In this document: one piece after another, positions 1 through 9,869 of the stretch | Layout of the letters: each line of letters begins with the position of its first letter | Position numbering within the stretch: position 1 is the first letter of the stretch | Assembly: GCA_963847705.1 (NCBI GenBank) | Contig: CAWKBC010000014.1 | Coordinates: 224,001 to 288,000, forward strand | Length of the DNA stretch: 64,000 nucleotides | Origin: an uncultured Pseudomonadota bacterium | GTDB taxonomy: Bacteria; Myxococcota_A; Polyangia; Fen-1088 | Direction: 5' to 3' | Translations under genes and position numbers: made by a program | Notes under the pieces: model-generated | The model's input: the letters and a program-made list of their open reading frames with translations, nothing else | Told to the model about the DNA's origin: nothing | The model's database searches: none

Positions 1-1172
1 TAGGGATACCCGAGCATGACGTAGGCCCTCACGCCTTCGCCGCCGTAGGCCACATCGACCCGACCGAGGATGTCCGGGTGAATCCAGGCGCGCAGACCAG
101 CTCCCCCCGCGACGCGCACGTGCGACCAGGGCGTCGTTCCATCGCCATAGACTTGACCCACCGAAACGAACGGATCAAACCGCCAGTCGGTCACAACACC
201 GAAGAGGTGGGTCCGAAACAGCCTCAGGCGTTGTTCGGCCTCGACCTCCCACGCGCCCATGTCGATGAACCGGTCTTCCTGGAACCCGCGAAAGAGGTCC
301 TCTCCACCGAGGCTCGCCTGGTCGTAGAACGGCACGTCCGTGCCGAAGACCTGCATCCAGTAAATGCGCGCCGCTCCTTGCAAGAACGAAAGCTCGGGTA
401 CGAGCCCGCGCGCGGTCCAGCCGAGCTGGGCGAAGCGGCCGACGCCGCTGATGCCCTGGGACACGTTGCCGGTGAGCTCCGTCGCGAACCCGGCCGGCGA
501 GTAGTCGCCGAGCGGGCGCGTGTCGAAGCGGATGGAGAATCCGCCGCGAACGAAGGCCGAGCCGCCGAGCCCGGGCGCGTCGGGGTAGAGGTCCTGGGTC
601 TCGGGCAAGCCTGAGATGGCGTGCCGCTCCGGGCGATCCCCCCGCACCTCACCGTAGAGCCCCACGTTGAGGTTCGAGGTCACGTTCCACCCGACGCGCG
701 CGTTCGCCGTCGCGTAGAGCCGTGTGTAGCTCGACTCCCCTGACTCGGGCGTGTCGGGGCCGAGGCCGAAGTATCGGAAGAACAGATTGCGCCGCACGCG
801 CAGGTCCAGGTTCAGGGTCAGGTGGTGTGGCGTGCGCCGGTCATCGTCGTACTCGAACCAGAGCGAACGATTGATGACCGTGCTCGCCGAGACGATGAAG
901 TGCCACGACCGCAACAGCGCCAGGTACCGGTAGAAACGAAACGTTCCGGTGAGGTGCGCGGAGCTGTTCCAGCTGACGCTCGGCGCGGTGATGGAGGTGA
1001 CCCAGTCATCCTCCGACCGCATGATAACGGGCAGAAAGCCGTAAGTGTTGCCCTCGTTGGGAGCGGTCGTGTACATCGGCAACGGGAAGAAGCGCGTCCC
1101 GGCCGCGGCCGGCCCGCCCGCCATGGCCAGGCTCGCGGCGAGCAACGCGACCGCGCCACGCCAGGGACTCAC
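1..1172 (-). CDS. BamA/TamA (Omp85)-like outer-membrane beta-barrel protein, 3' end at the window edge
   Basis: Not in the ORF track because there is no stop in the window. Manual translation from GTG 1172 gives a signal peptide (MSPWRGAVALLAASLAMAGGPAAA), then FFPLPMYTTAPNEGNTYG, aromatic beta-strands, and a C-terminal GAGLRAW..GRVDVAYGGEGVRAYVMLGYP typical of Omp85 barrels. Confidence 0.7.
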   Translation of the reverse strand, partial: MSPWRGAVALLAASLAMAGGPAAAGTRFFPLPMYTTAPNEGNTYGFLPVIMRSEDDWVTSITAPSVSWNSSAHLTGTFRFYRYLALLRSWHFIVSASTVINRSLWFEYDDDRRTPHHLTLNLDLRVRRNLFFRYFGLGPDTPESGESSYTRLYATANARVGWNVTSNLNVGLYGEVRGDRPERHAISGLPETQDLYPDAPGLGGSAFVRGGFSIRFDTRPLGDYSPAGFATELTGNVSQGISGVGRFAQLGWTARGLVPELSFLQGAARIYWMQVFGTDVPFYDQASLGGEDLFRGFQEDRFIDMGAWEVEAEQRLRLFRTHLFGVVTDWRFDPFVSVGQVYGDGTTPWSHVRVAGGAGLRAWIHPDILGRVDVAYGGEGVRAYVMLGYP

Positions 1173-1355
1173 GCCAGTGCCGGCCGCATCGGGTCTGCGG
1201 TTGTGACCCGGTCGCGATCAGTCGGTGCGACCATGGTCTTCGATCCCCGATGCCATACAGTCACCTGGTGTTTTGTCGACCGGGCCCCTCCGTTGAAGGA
1301 CACGGAAGCAGACGTCAACAACGAAGGAGAGGATGGGGACGAAAGGGCGCGCCGG

Positions 1356-1469
1356 AAGACGGCGTCGCCTTCAAGACGGCGTCGCCTTCAAGACGGCGTC
1401 GCCTTCAAGACGGCGTCGCCTTCAAGACGGCGTCGCCTTCAAGACGGCGCCGCCTTCAAGACGACGCCG
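1356..1469. repeat. Tandem repeat, 17-bp unit AAGACGGCGTCGCCTTC, 6 copies plus a partial 7th
   Basis: Units start at 1356, 1373, 1390, 1407, 1424 and 1441 (one mismatch), with a degenerate partial at 1458. There are no spacers. Confidence 0.95.
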
Positions 1470-2826
1470 TCACACGACGAGAGCGCTGTCGGTCCTGATC
1501 GCCAGGAGGCTCAGCACCTCCGACGCCGCCCGCAGGCCGCTCACGTACGCCGCCTGCACCGTTTCGGCGATCGTCGATGTGGTGGTGGCCGCGCCCGCCC
1601 AGAACAGCGCCCCGGTGTCGGGAGCGGCGAGGCCGCCCCGGGCCCCACGACCGCCGGGACGCGTGAACGTGTAGCCCCCGCGGGCGAACGGATCCGTGCT
1701 CCAGTCGATGCGGCGGGATCCGAGCAGCAGGCGGCCGGGGTTCACCTTGGGGAAGAGCCGTGCGAGAATCCGCCAGCACGACGGCCACGGCCTCGTCCTC
1801 CGGCAACAGCGAGAGATGGGCGGCCCGCGGACCCGTGCAGTAGGCGGTGAGCACCGCCGGTGCTCGCCGGTCGCTGCCGAGGGATGGCCAGTAGAGAGTG
1901 ACCGGCCCGGCGCCGCAGCTCAAGTTCGTGAGCCAGCTCGGCCAGAAGGGCTCGCTGAAACGGAGGAGGAGCTTCAGGACCGGCCCCATCACGAGATCCG
2001 CAAACGCCCGCCGTTTGCTCTCGGGCAGCTGCGGCACGAACTCGACGGCGCCCGAGGCGAGCACGCCGAGCGGCAGTGTGGCGATGGCGGCGCGTGCGGA
2101 GAGCGTTCGCCCGTCAGCCGCGGCCACGGTCACGCCATCCGGCGCCCAGCGCACGCTCGCGACCGGGAATCGGTGGAGGACGTCGAGCCCGCGCGCGATG
2201 TGGTCCACCAGGCGATCGTAGCCGCTCGTGATGTGATGAAAGGATCCCGTGTAAAGGTCGAGGACCCGATCCTCGAGCAAGCCCAGCACACCAATCTCGT
2301 CGGTGATGCCGGGGAGGTGCGCCGTGAAGACCATCTCCGCCAGCATCCGGCCGCGGCCGCGGTAGCGGTGATGGTCGATGAAGTCGCGCGCGGACATGTC
2401 CGGCGCGCGGGCGCGGGCGAGGTGACGGAGGATCGGGAAAGCGGACCAGGCGCCAGGCTGCAGGAGGAACCACGGCAGCGTGCGGGTGCGCCCCCCGAGG
2501 TTGAACATGCTGCGGAGGGTGAGCGCGCATCTGCGCACGGCCAGCCGCGCGGCGCGGATCTCTGGCCACGTCTCGGCGTTGGCCGTGTGCACGAACTCCG
2601 CGCCCCCCTCCACCGGGTGGTCACAGAAGTCGCGCACCGTGTGCACCCGCCCACCCGTCCGGTCGCGCGCCTCGACCACCGTCACCGAAATCCCCTGGCG
2701 CGCGAGCTCACGCGCTGCCGTCAGGCCGGCCACTCCGGCGCCGATCACCAGCACGTCGTTCGAGGTTTCCCACCGACGACCCCGTCCTGCGAGGCGGGAC
2801 ACACCTTCTGCCCCAGGAAGCTTCAT
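1470..2826 (-). CDS. Flavin monoamine oxidase-family FAD oxidoreductase (apparent +1 frameshift near 1768)
   Basis: N-terminal GAGVAG..EARDRTGGR..GAEFVH motifs. The C-terminal WSTDPFARGGY..LFWAG..TVQAAYVSGLRAA lies in the 1470..1745 frame; removing one base restores VLADLARLFPKVNP. Confidence 0.85.
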
Positions 2827-3118
2827 GTTCGTCTCCCAACCTCGCGCGCGAAGGGACCGCCGCCACGATCCTTTCTACAGTCCTCCGGCGCAGCTCCGAA
2901 TGCCCGCGTCCAGCCCGAAAGGGTCGGTGCGAGGGAGCCACTGTCGAGCAAGCGCCCAACGAGTCGTGACCAGACAGAGCACCAGCAGCGCAAACAACCG
3001 AACCAGGCTCATGACTGCAAGTTGGCGACGTCGGCGTTCGCGGGCAAGCGACCCGCCCGCCAATACAATGGAGGCTGCAGTGATCGCCGTCGCCTCGGGC
3101 CCGACGTCGCTCCGCTCA

Positions 3119-4150
3119 TCATGGGGCGACGACCGACGAGCTCACACGCACCGCGTGGCCCGGGGCGTAGTCGTGCTCGATGAACCAGCTCACGGCGCGT
3201 TCAAACGCCGGCTCGATCGGGCTCTGGGGGAACCCCAGCTCGCGGACCGCCTTGCTGGCGTCGAAGAACATCACCGACTTCGACATCCGCACGCCGTCGA
3301 TCGGAACGCGTGGGTCGCGACCCAACCATCGAGAGACCGGCTCCTCGAGGTGCGCGATGGCCAGCGGAATCCAGTGCGGCAATTTGAGGCGCGGCGGCCG
3401 CCTCCCCGTCAACCGGCCCAGCAGCTCGAGCATCTGCTGGAGGGTGAGGTTCACCGAGCCGAGGATGTAGCTCTGCCCGGGGCGTCCCCGCTCGGCGGCC
3501 AGGAGGTGTCCCAGCGCCACGTCGCGCACGTCGACCAGGTTGAGGCCGGTGTCGACGTAGGCGGGAAGTCGTCCCTTGAGGAAGTCGACCACGATTCTTC
3601 CGGTCGGGGTCGGCCTGGCGTCCCGCTCGCCGATCGGCGTCGACGGGCTCACCACCACGATGGGGAGGCCACGGTCGATCCAGCTCTCCACCTCCCGCTC
3701 GGCCAGGAACTTGCTGCGCTTGTAGTCGCCGACCATGTCCTCGAGCTGCGCCCGGGCGTTCTCGTTGGCGGGCCTGGGGCCCCCGAGCGCGAGCGTTCCG
3801 ACGGAGCTGGTGTAGACAATCCGCCTGACGCCCAGCTCGGCGGCGAGCTCCAGCACGTTTCGCGTACCGTCGACGTTGCTGCGGTAGATCTCGGCGGGAT
3901 CTCGAGCGTAGAGGCGGTAGTCCGCGGCGCAGTGAAACACCAGCTCCGCGCCGGTCATCGCCCGCCGCAGAGACTCCCGGTCGGTGAGATCGCCGACAGC
4001 CCACTCGATCGGCAGATCCTCCAGATCGGCGTGGTGACTGGTCGGCCGGCACAGACAGCAGAGGCTGTCGTTGCGTGCCACGAGAGCGCGCGCCACGTGC
4101 GATCCAATGAACCCCGTCGCCCCGGTCAAAAACACCCGCATCGGCGCCAC
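3119..4150 (-). CDS. hpnA: Hopanoid-associated NAD-dependent epimerase/dehydratase (HpnA-like)
   Basis: TGATGFIG, HCAADYRL, YKRSK and PTPTGRIV..PAYVDTGLN motifs; adjacent to a squalene synthase. Confidence 0.8.
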   Translation of the reverse strand: MAPMRVFLTGATGFIGSHVARALVARNDSLCCLCRPTSHHADLEDLPIEWAVGDLTDRESLRRAMTGAELVFHCAADYRLYARDPAEIYRSNVDGTRNVLELAAELGVRRIVYTSSVGTLALGGPRPANENARAQLEDMVGDYKRSKFLAEREVESWIDRGLPIVVVSPSTPIGERDARPTPTGRIVVDFLKGRLPAYVDTGLNLVDVRDVALGHLLAAERGRPGQSYILGSVNLTLQQMLELLGRLTGRRPPRLKLPHWIPLAIAHLEEPVSRWLGRDPRVPIDGVRMSKSVMFFDASKAVRELGFPQSPIEPAFERAVSWFIEHDYAPGHAVRVSSSVVAP

Positions 4151-4220
4151 ACCCCGTTCCTGGTTAGGTTAAGAACGGGCCCGGACGCGACAACGTACGG
4201 AGATTCTGGATCTGGGAGCG

Positions 4221-5135
4221 TCAGTCGGCGCTCGATGCCCCGAACAGGTCGGAGCTGCGCGGAGCGAGATCACGCGCGACTTCAGCGGCGACCTCGGCGA
4301 CCTCGCTGCGTGACAGCTTTGCGCCCAGGCCCCGCGTCGCCAGGATTCGCAGGTTTGATCGGGCCAGCCCGGCGATGAAGGCGTTGAAGGTGACGAGCCC
4401 TGGCGCCGTTCCGGCGCGGCGCAAGAGCTCGACATACTCTTCGGCCCTGGTCAGAGCTTGGCCGGTCAGCTCGAGCACCGCGTGGAGCTCGACGTCGCTG
4501 GGAACGTAGACGCGCCCTTCCGCCGCATCGCGGGGAGCATCCTTGAGGATGTTCACCAGCTGCAGCCCCTCGCCGAAGCTCGCAGCGCGGTTGCGAAGCT
4601 CCTCTGCAAAAGGGGCCAGCTCGGCCCGGTCGAAGAGGTAGAGCTCGGTCAGCATTTCGCCGACGATTCCGGCGACCGAATAGCAGTAGTCGCGGAGATC
4701 CTCGAGGTCAGACAGGGTGAGCCGGTTTCTCTCGTCGGAGCGCCGGACGAACTGCCGCATGCCGTCGACGCTGCGGATGAGGTGCCGCCGAACGGCCACC
4801 CGGGCGGGGAGCGGCAGCGTGCCGAAGTCACGCAGCACCAGCGGCATCCTTGCCAACAGCTCTCGGTAGCCGGCGTGTTCGAGGGGCGGCTGGCGCAGGC
4901 ACTCGGCGGCCAACCCTTCGGCGGCGGTCGGGTCCTGGTCGAGCAGCTCGACGAAGCGACCGAGGGCCTCCAGCCGACGCTCGCGCGTCCAGAGGACAGC
5001 ATCCTCGAAGGTGTCGGCTATCCGGAACAGCAAGTAGGCGATGCCGACTTGATTGCGCGTTGGTTCAGGCAGGAGCGGGATGGCCAACGCGAAGGTCCGA
5101 CTCGTCCGTTGCAGCAGGTCGTCAATGACTGACAT
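4221..5135 (-). CDS. Squalene/phytoene synthase family protein
   Basis: SRTFALAI, RIADTFED, DYCYSVAGIVGEML and GLQLVNILKD..EGRVY motifs. The likely start is ATG 5135. Confidence 0.88.
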   Translation of the reverse strand: MSVIDDLLQRTSRTFALAIPLLPEPTRNQVGIAYLLFRIADTFEDAVLWTRERRLEALGRFVELLDQDPTAAEGLAAECLRQPPLEHAGYRELLARMPLVLRDFGTLPLPARVAVRRHLIRSVDGMRQFVRRSDERNRLTLSDLEDLRDYCYSVAGIVGEMLTELYLFDRAELAPFAEELRNRAASFGEGLQLVNILKDAPRDAAEGRVYVPSDVELHAVLELTGQALTRAEEYVELLRRAGTAPGLVTFNAFIAGLARSNLRILATRGLGAKLSRSEVAEVAAEVARDLAPRSSDLFGASSAD

Positions 5136-5203
5136 GGGGAAAAGGCTAAGGCTGCCCTTGCGGAGCACAACCCGAGTGCCCCCTTGTCTGCGATGGGGGC
5201 TCG

Positions 5204-7945
5204 ATGGGCACAACCGTGAGCGGATCGTCCGGAGAACAGAGGCCAAGCAACGCCGCGCCGTCGCGGCCAGTCAATTGGTGCTGCCCCCATGTTCGATGGC
5301 GCCGATGTTCAACGTCGATTGCGATGATGATCGCGCTGGCCCAGATCTCTCGCGCGTCGGCGGCGGACGCGCCGGCGGCCTTCAAGCCGCCACGCCTGAT
5401 TCATTTCGCGGAAGCGGTCCTTCCGCCGGCTCCGGCCGCGCGGCGTGAGGGAGAGGTCGTCCTCTCGATCGACGTGGACGAGACGGGCAAGGTCGGCGCG
5501 GTCGAGGTGACCAAGCCCGCGGGCGGCGAAGGCGGCGAGGTGCTCGACCGGGCGGCCGCCGCGGCAGCTCGCCAATTTGTTTTCGCGCCGGGAGAGGCCG
5601 ACGGACATCCGGTTCCGGTGCGAATTACGTATAGCTATCGTTTCGTGCTCAAGCCCGATCTGCGTCCACTGCCTCCTGCAGCCCCCAACGGGGGGCCGTC
5701 TCCGCACGGCCCGGCCGTCCCGCTGTCGGGGCTGGTGCGCCGGCGCGGCGATCGCACGGCCGTCGCTGGCGCGGTCGCGCTGGTCTCGGTCGCGCCGGGG
5801 GACGAGCGGCGGGCCGTCACCGACGGGCAGGGACGATTCTCCTTCGCCGCGCTCCCCGTGGGCGAGCACAAGCTGGCGCTGCGGGGCGCGGCGATACTCC
5901 CCGTCGACATCACCGTCGCGCTGCACGAAGGGAAGTCCACCGAGCTCAGCCTGTTCGTCGACGTCAAGGAGCGCTACGCCTCCACCGTGCGGGGACAGCG
6001 GGCCGTCGTCGAGACGGTCGAGCAGACCCTCACCACCGCGGAGATCCAGCGCATCCCTGGCACCCAGGGCGACACGCTGAAGGCTGTCCAGAACCTCCCC
6101 GGTGTCGCGCGTGCGCCGTTCGGGATCGGCCTCTTGCCGGTCTGGGGCTCCGCGCCGGCCGACACGCGCGTCTACATCGACGGCGTGAACGTGCCCGTCC
6201 TCTACCACTTCGGCGGCCTCCGCTCGACCGTGAACAGCGAGATGATCGCGGGGCTCACCTTCGTCCCCGGCGGCTATCAGGCCGACCATGGGCTGGGCCT
6301 CGGCGGGATCGTCGACGTCGACACCCGCCGGCCTCGCACCGACGGGCTGCACGGCTACGCGCAGATGGACCTGCTCGACGGCTCGCTCATGCTCGAAGGT
6401 CCGATCAGCAAGACGCTGTCGTTCGCGGTGGCCGGGCGGCGGAGCTGGATCGACGTCACCTTGCCGCTCTTCACCACCAGCACCTTTCAGCTCTCACCGG
6501 TCTACTACGACTATCAGGCGCGCCTCTCCTGGCGCCCCTCCGGGCGGGACGTGGTCGACCTGTTCTTGTTTGGTTCGGACGACCGACTCAGCCTGCTGGC
6601 GCGGGTCAAGAACGACGCCCTCGACGCCGCCGTCGACTCGCACACCTTCTTTCACCGGGCCGTCCTCAGCTGGGCGCACCGGTTCGATCGCGGGCGGACG
6701 CTCTCGGTCACCTCGTCGGTCGGCTACGACGCCCCCTTCGGGCTGGGAGTGGCGTTCGGCCAGACGCCGAGCTCGCTCGACGAGCGCGCCTTCGCTTACG
6801 CCACGCGCGCTGTCGGCCGCTGGCCGATCACCAGCACGCTGCGGCTCGACGGAGGCGTCGACTTCGAAGGAAATCGCTGGCAGGTCGACCGCGCCGGCTC
6901 GCCCGCGATGGTCACCGATCTGGTGGGCGGCACCGGCGCCGGGGGCCTGGGCGCCAACGGCGGTTTCAGCGGCGCGGGCAGCGGCTACGCCATCGACAAC
7001 CTGACGCTCTACACCAACAACGTGGCGCCGTTCGTGACCGCAACGCTGACCTTCTTCGATCACCGCCTCACCGTCACCCCGCAATTTCGGCTGCAGGTCA
7101 TGACCTTCGCCGGCTACCAGGGGATGCCGGCGTCGTTCGCCCGGGGGTTCGTCTCGCCCGAGCCGCGCCTGGCGCTGCGCTATCAGCTCACCCCGCGCGT
7201 GGCGCTCAAAGGCGCCGTGGGTCTCTACGCTCAGCCACCGGATCCGACGGCGTTCTCGCGCGACTTCGGCAATCCGAACGTCGTCCCCGAGCGGGGCACG
7301 CAGTATGTCGTCGGCGCCGAAGGCGAGCTTCTGCCTGGCCTGACCGCCGAGATCGCCCTGTTCTGGAAGAACCTGCGCGATCTGGTGGTCGCGGGAGAAA
7401 ACCCCGGCGACCCGCTGCTGGTCAACGACGGCCTCGGGCGCGCCTACGGCGGCGAGATCCTCATTCGCCAGAACCTGGGCAAGCGCCTCTTCGGCTGGCT
7501 GGCCTACACCCTGTCGCGGAGCGAACGGAAGGACCATCCGGATCAGAGCTGGTATCCGTTCGAGTTCGACCAGACGAACATCCTCACCGCGATGCTCAGC
7601 TACTTCCTGCCGCGGGGGTTCGAGGTGGGCGCCCGCTATCGCTACGTGACCGGGGATCCCTACACCCCGGTGACCGGATCGTTCTACGACTCGGTCTCCA
7701 ACAGCTACACGCCGCTCGCCGGCCCCACGAACAGCGCGCGCCTCGGTCCCTTCAGCCAGCTCGACCTGCGCGTCGACAAGGTCTTCACCTTTGACCGCTG
7801 GCGCCTCTCATTCTACCTCGACGTTCAGAACGTGCTGCGCGCCGACAACCCGGAGGCGGTCGGCTACAACTTCAACTACACGATCGCGCATCCCATCACG
7901 GGCTTGCCGTTGCTGCCGATTCTGGGGATCCGGGGGGACTTCTGA
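5204..7945 (+). CDS. TonB-dependent receptor with N-terminal TonB C-terminal-like and carboxypeptidase-regulatory-like domains (start uncertain)
   Basis: EGEVVLSIDVDETGKV..AARQFVF (TonB_C); plug IPGTQGDTLKAVQNLPGV..YHFGG; barrel ending QLDLRVDK..GIRGDF. Confidence 0.9.
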   Translation: MGTTVSGSSGEQRPSNAAPSRPVNWCCPHVRWRRCSTSIAMMIALAQISRASAADAPAAFKPPRLIHFAEAVLPPAPAARREGEVVLSIDVDETGKVGAVEVTKPAGGEGGEVLDRAAAAAARQFVFAPGEADGHPVPVRITYSYRFVLKPDLRPLPPAAPNGGPSPHGPAVPLSGLVRRRGDRTAVAGAVALVSVAPGDERRAVTDGQGRFSFAALPVGEHKLALRGAAILPVDITVALHEGKSTELSLFVDVKERYASTVRGQRAVVETVEQTLTTAEIQRIPGTQGDTLKAVQNLPGVARAPFGIGLLPVWGSAPADTRVYIDGVNVPVLYHFGGLRSTVNSEMIAGLTFVPGGYQADHGLGLGGIVDVDTRRPRTDGLHGYAQMDLLDGSLMLEGPISKTLSFAVAGRRSWIDVTLPLFTTSTFQLSPVYYDYQARLSWRPSGRDVVDLFLFGSDDRLSLLARVKNDALDAAVDSHTFFHRAVLSWAHRFDRGRTLSVTSSVGYDAPFGLGVAFGQTPSSLDERAFAYATRAVGRWPITSTLRLDGGVDFEGNRWQVDRAGSPAMVTDLVGGTGAGGLGANGGFSGAGSGYAIDNLTLYTNNVAPFVTATLTFFDHRLTVTPQFRLQVMTFAGYQGMPASFARGFVSPEPRLALRYQLTPRVALKGAVGLYAQPPDPTAFSRDFGNPNVVPERGTQYVVGAEGELLPGLTAEIALFWKNLRDLVVAGENPGDPLLVNDGLGRAYGGEILIRQNLGKRLFGWLAYTLSRSERKDHPDQSWYPFEFDQTNILTAMLSYFLPRGFEVGARYRYVTGDPYTPVTGSFYDSVSNSYTPLAGPTNSARLGPFSQLDLRVDKVFTFDRWRLSFYLDVQNVLRADNPEAVGYNFNYTIAHPITGLPLLPILGIRGDF

Positions 7946-8787
7946 TGTCGCCGTCGCGGATTCTGGTTTCTGTGTGGGGCGCCGGCTGCCTCCTCTTCGG
8001 GCTCGGCGGATGCCAGAGCTTTTCCGATCCACCGGTCAGCTTCGTCGCCGGGCTGCGGGTGCTGGGCATCAAGGCCGAGCCACCGCAGATCGCCCCGAGT
8101 GCGAGCACGACGGTGACCGCGCTGGTGGTCGACACCGACGGCGGAACGCCCGCTGCTTCCTGGAGCCAGTGCCTCCTGCCGCCGTTGCCAGGGCAGACGG
8201 TCAACACCGACTGCGTCGAGGGGTTGGCGGGGGCGGAGCTGCAGCCGATCGGCGACGGTCTGACGATCCCCTTCGTGATGCCGGAGGTGACCGCTGCCTC
8301 GCTGGGCACCCCCGACGCGACCGGCGGCGTCTATCTGCCGCTGGTGGCGGCGGTCAACGCGAGTTCGCAGGCGCTCACCGCCGTCTACCGGCTGCGCTTC
8401 GCCGACGCGACACCGGCCAACACCAATCCCACCATCGCCGACGTCTTCTCCGTCGACGCGGCCGGCACGATGTCGGCGCTCGACACGTCGGCGCCGACGG
8501 CGGTGCACTCCGGCGGAGCGCTCAGCCTGACGGTGACCTTCACGCCCGGCAGCGCCCAGAGCTACGTCGCCCCCGACGGGACGTTGACGACCGAAACGCT
8601 CACCACCTCGTGGTTCTGCACCGCCGGCGATCTGAGCTTCGAGAAGACCAGCGCGACCCAGCCGGTCACCGTGCTGCACCTCGATCAGCGCTTGCCGTCG
8701 TCCGGCGCGCAGATCGATCTCTACGCCGTCGCCCACGATGAACGCGGCGGCACCGACTTCGCACATCGCACCCTGCTGCTCCAGTAA
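7945..8787 (+). CDS. TBDR-associated lipoprotein
   Basis: Lipobox LGGC; LRVLGIKAEPP and AHDERGG motifs; start overlaps the TBDR stop. Confidence 0.75.
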   Translation: MSPSRILVSVWGAGCLLFGLGGCQSFSDPPVSFVAGLRVLGIKAEPPQIAPSASTTVTALVVDTDGGTPAASWSQCLLPPLPGQTVNTDCVEGLAGAELQPIGDGLTIPFVMPEVTAASLGTPDATGGVYLPLVAAVNASSQALTAVYRLRFADATPANTNPTIADVFSVDAAGTMSALDTSAPTAVHSGGALSLTVTFTPGSAQSYVAPDGTLTTETLTTSWFCTAGDLSFEKTSATQPVTVLHLDQRLPSSGAQIDLYAVAHDERGGTDFAHRTLLLQ

Positions 8788-8810
8788 GAAAGGAAAAGGA
8801 AGTAACGAAG

Positions 8811-9422
8811 ATGGATGTTTCGGGAAGGTTCCTCGCGTTCACGCTGCACGGCGCCGGATGGGTGCTCTGGCTGCTGATCGCTCTCAGCGTCATCAGCATG
8901 GCCGTGATGCTCGAACGGCTCTGGTATTTTCGAGCTCACCGGGTCTGCCGGCGCGATCTGGCGGCGGAGATTCGGAGGCTGCTTCGGGAGTGCGACGATC
9001 GCGAGGAGGTCGGACCAGCCGCGCCGCTGGAGATGACGGCCGCGATCGAGGGAGCCAAGACGCGCGAGCGCCTGCGGCTCGAGCGGCGACTGCCCTTCCT
9101 GGCCACACTCGGCTCCAACGGCCCGTTCGTCGGTCTCTTCGGGACGGTGCTGGGGATCATCAAGGCCTTTCACGATCTGGCGGGCACCCAGGGGACGGCC
9201 GGCGCGGGCGCCTCGACCGTGATGGCGGGGATCTCGGAGGCGCTGGTGGCCACGGCGATCGGTCTCTTGGTCGCCATCCCCGCTGTCGTCGCCTTCAACT
9301 ACTTCAGCCGCCGGGTCCGGGTGCGGATGGCGGAGGTCGACTGGATGGCGCACCTGGCGGCAGAGGACGTCCAGGCCGGCTGGGCGCGGACCGACGAATT
9401 GCCCTTGCGGCGGAGCGCCTGA
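8811..9422 (+). CDS. exbB: MotA/TolQ/ExbB proton channel protein
   Basis: LATLGSNGPFVGLFGTVLGII and GISEALVATAIGLLVAIPA. Confidence 0.92.
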   Translation: MDVSGRFLAFTLHGAGWVLWLLIALSVISMAVMLERLWYFRAHRVCRRDLAAEIRRLLRECDDREEVGPAAPLEMTAAIEGAKTRERLRLERRLPFLATLGSNGPFVGLFGTVLGIIKAFHDLAGTQGTAGAGASTVMAGISEALVATAIGLLVAIPAVVAFNYFSRRVRVRMAEVDWMAHLAAEDVQAGWARTDELPLRRSA

Positions 9423-9865
9423 TGGCGGCCGGAGGTCCCGATCGCGACGACGGGTGCGGGGGCAGCGGTGGGATGTTCGCCGCCATCAACGTCACCCCGA
9501 TGGTCGACGTGACGCTGGTGCTGCTGGTCATCTTCATGGTGGCCGCGCCGCTCATCGTCGCCAACCCGTCGATCAAGGTGGCGCTCCCCAAGGCGACGAC
9601 CGCCGACGAGACCAAGCGCTCCACGCTGGCCCTCACGCTGGAGCGCGAATCAGCCGGTGGCTACAAGCTCTACCGCGACGGCCAACCGACCGATGAGCGG
9701 GCCGTGCGGGCGCTGGTGCCCGGATTGTTGAAGAGCGATCCCGAGCTGCAGGCGATCGTCGCGGCGGATCGGGGGATCGCCTACGGCGACGTCATGCACG
9801 TGGTCGACGTCATCAAGGCGCTCGGCGTGACGAAGTTCGCGCTCAACACGCAGTCGGGTCCGTAG
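9422..9865 (+). CDS. exbD: ExbD/TolR biopolymer transport protein
   Basis: INVTPMVDVTLVLLVIFMV and AADRGIAYGDVMHVVD; the ATG overlaps the exbB TGA. Confidence 0.92.
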   Translation: MAAGGPDRDDGCGGSGGMFAAINVTPMVDVTLVLLVIFMVAAPLIVANPSIKVALPKATTADETKRSTLALTLERESAGGYKLYRDGQPTDERAVRALVPGLLKSDPELQAIVAADRGIAYGDVMHVVDVIKALGVTKFALNTQSGP

Positions 9866-9869
9866 GGAG

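Noticed and set aside
1356-1469. Possible CRISPR array
   Set aside because: Contiguous 17-bp units with no spacers, and no cas genes in the window.
2875-3063. Small hydrophobic ORF between the oxidase and hpnA
   Set aside because: No clear RBS or motif, so it cannot be supported.
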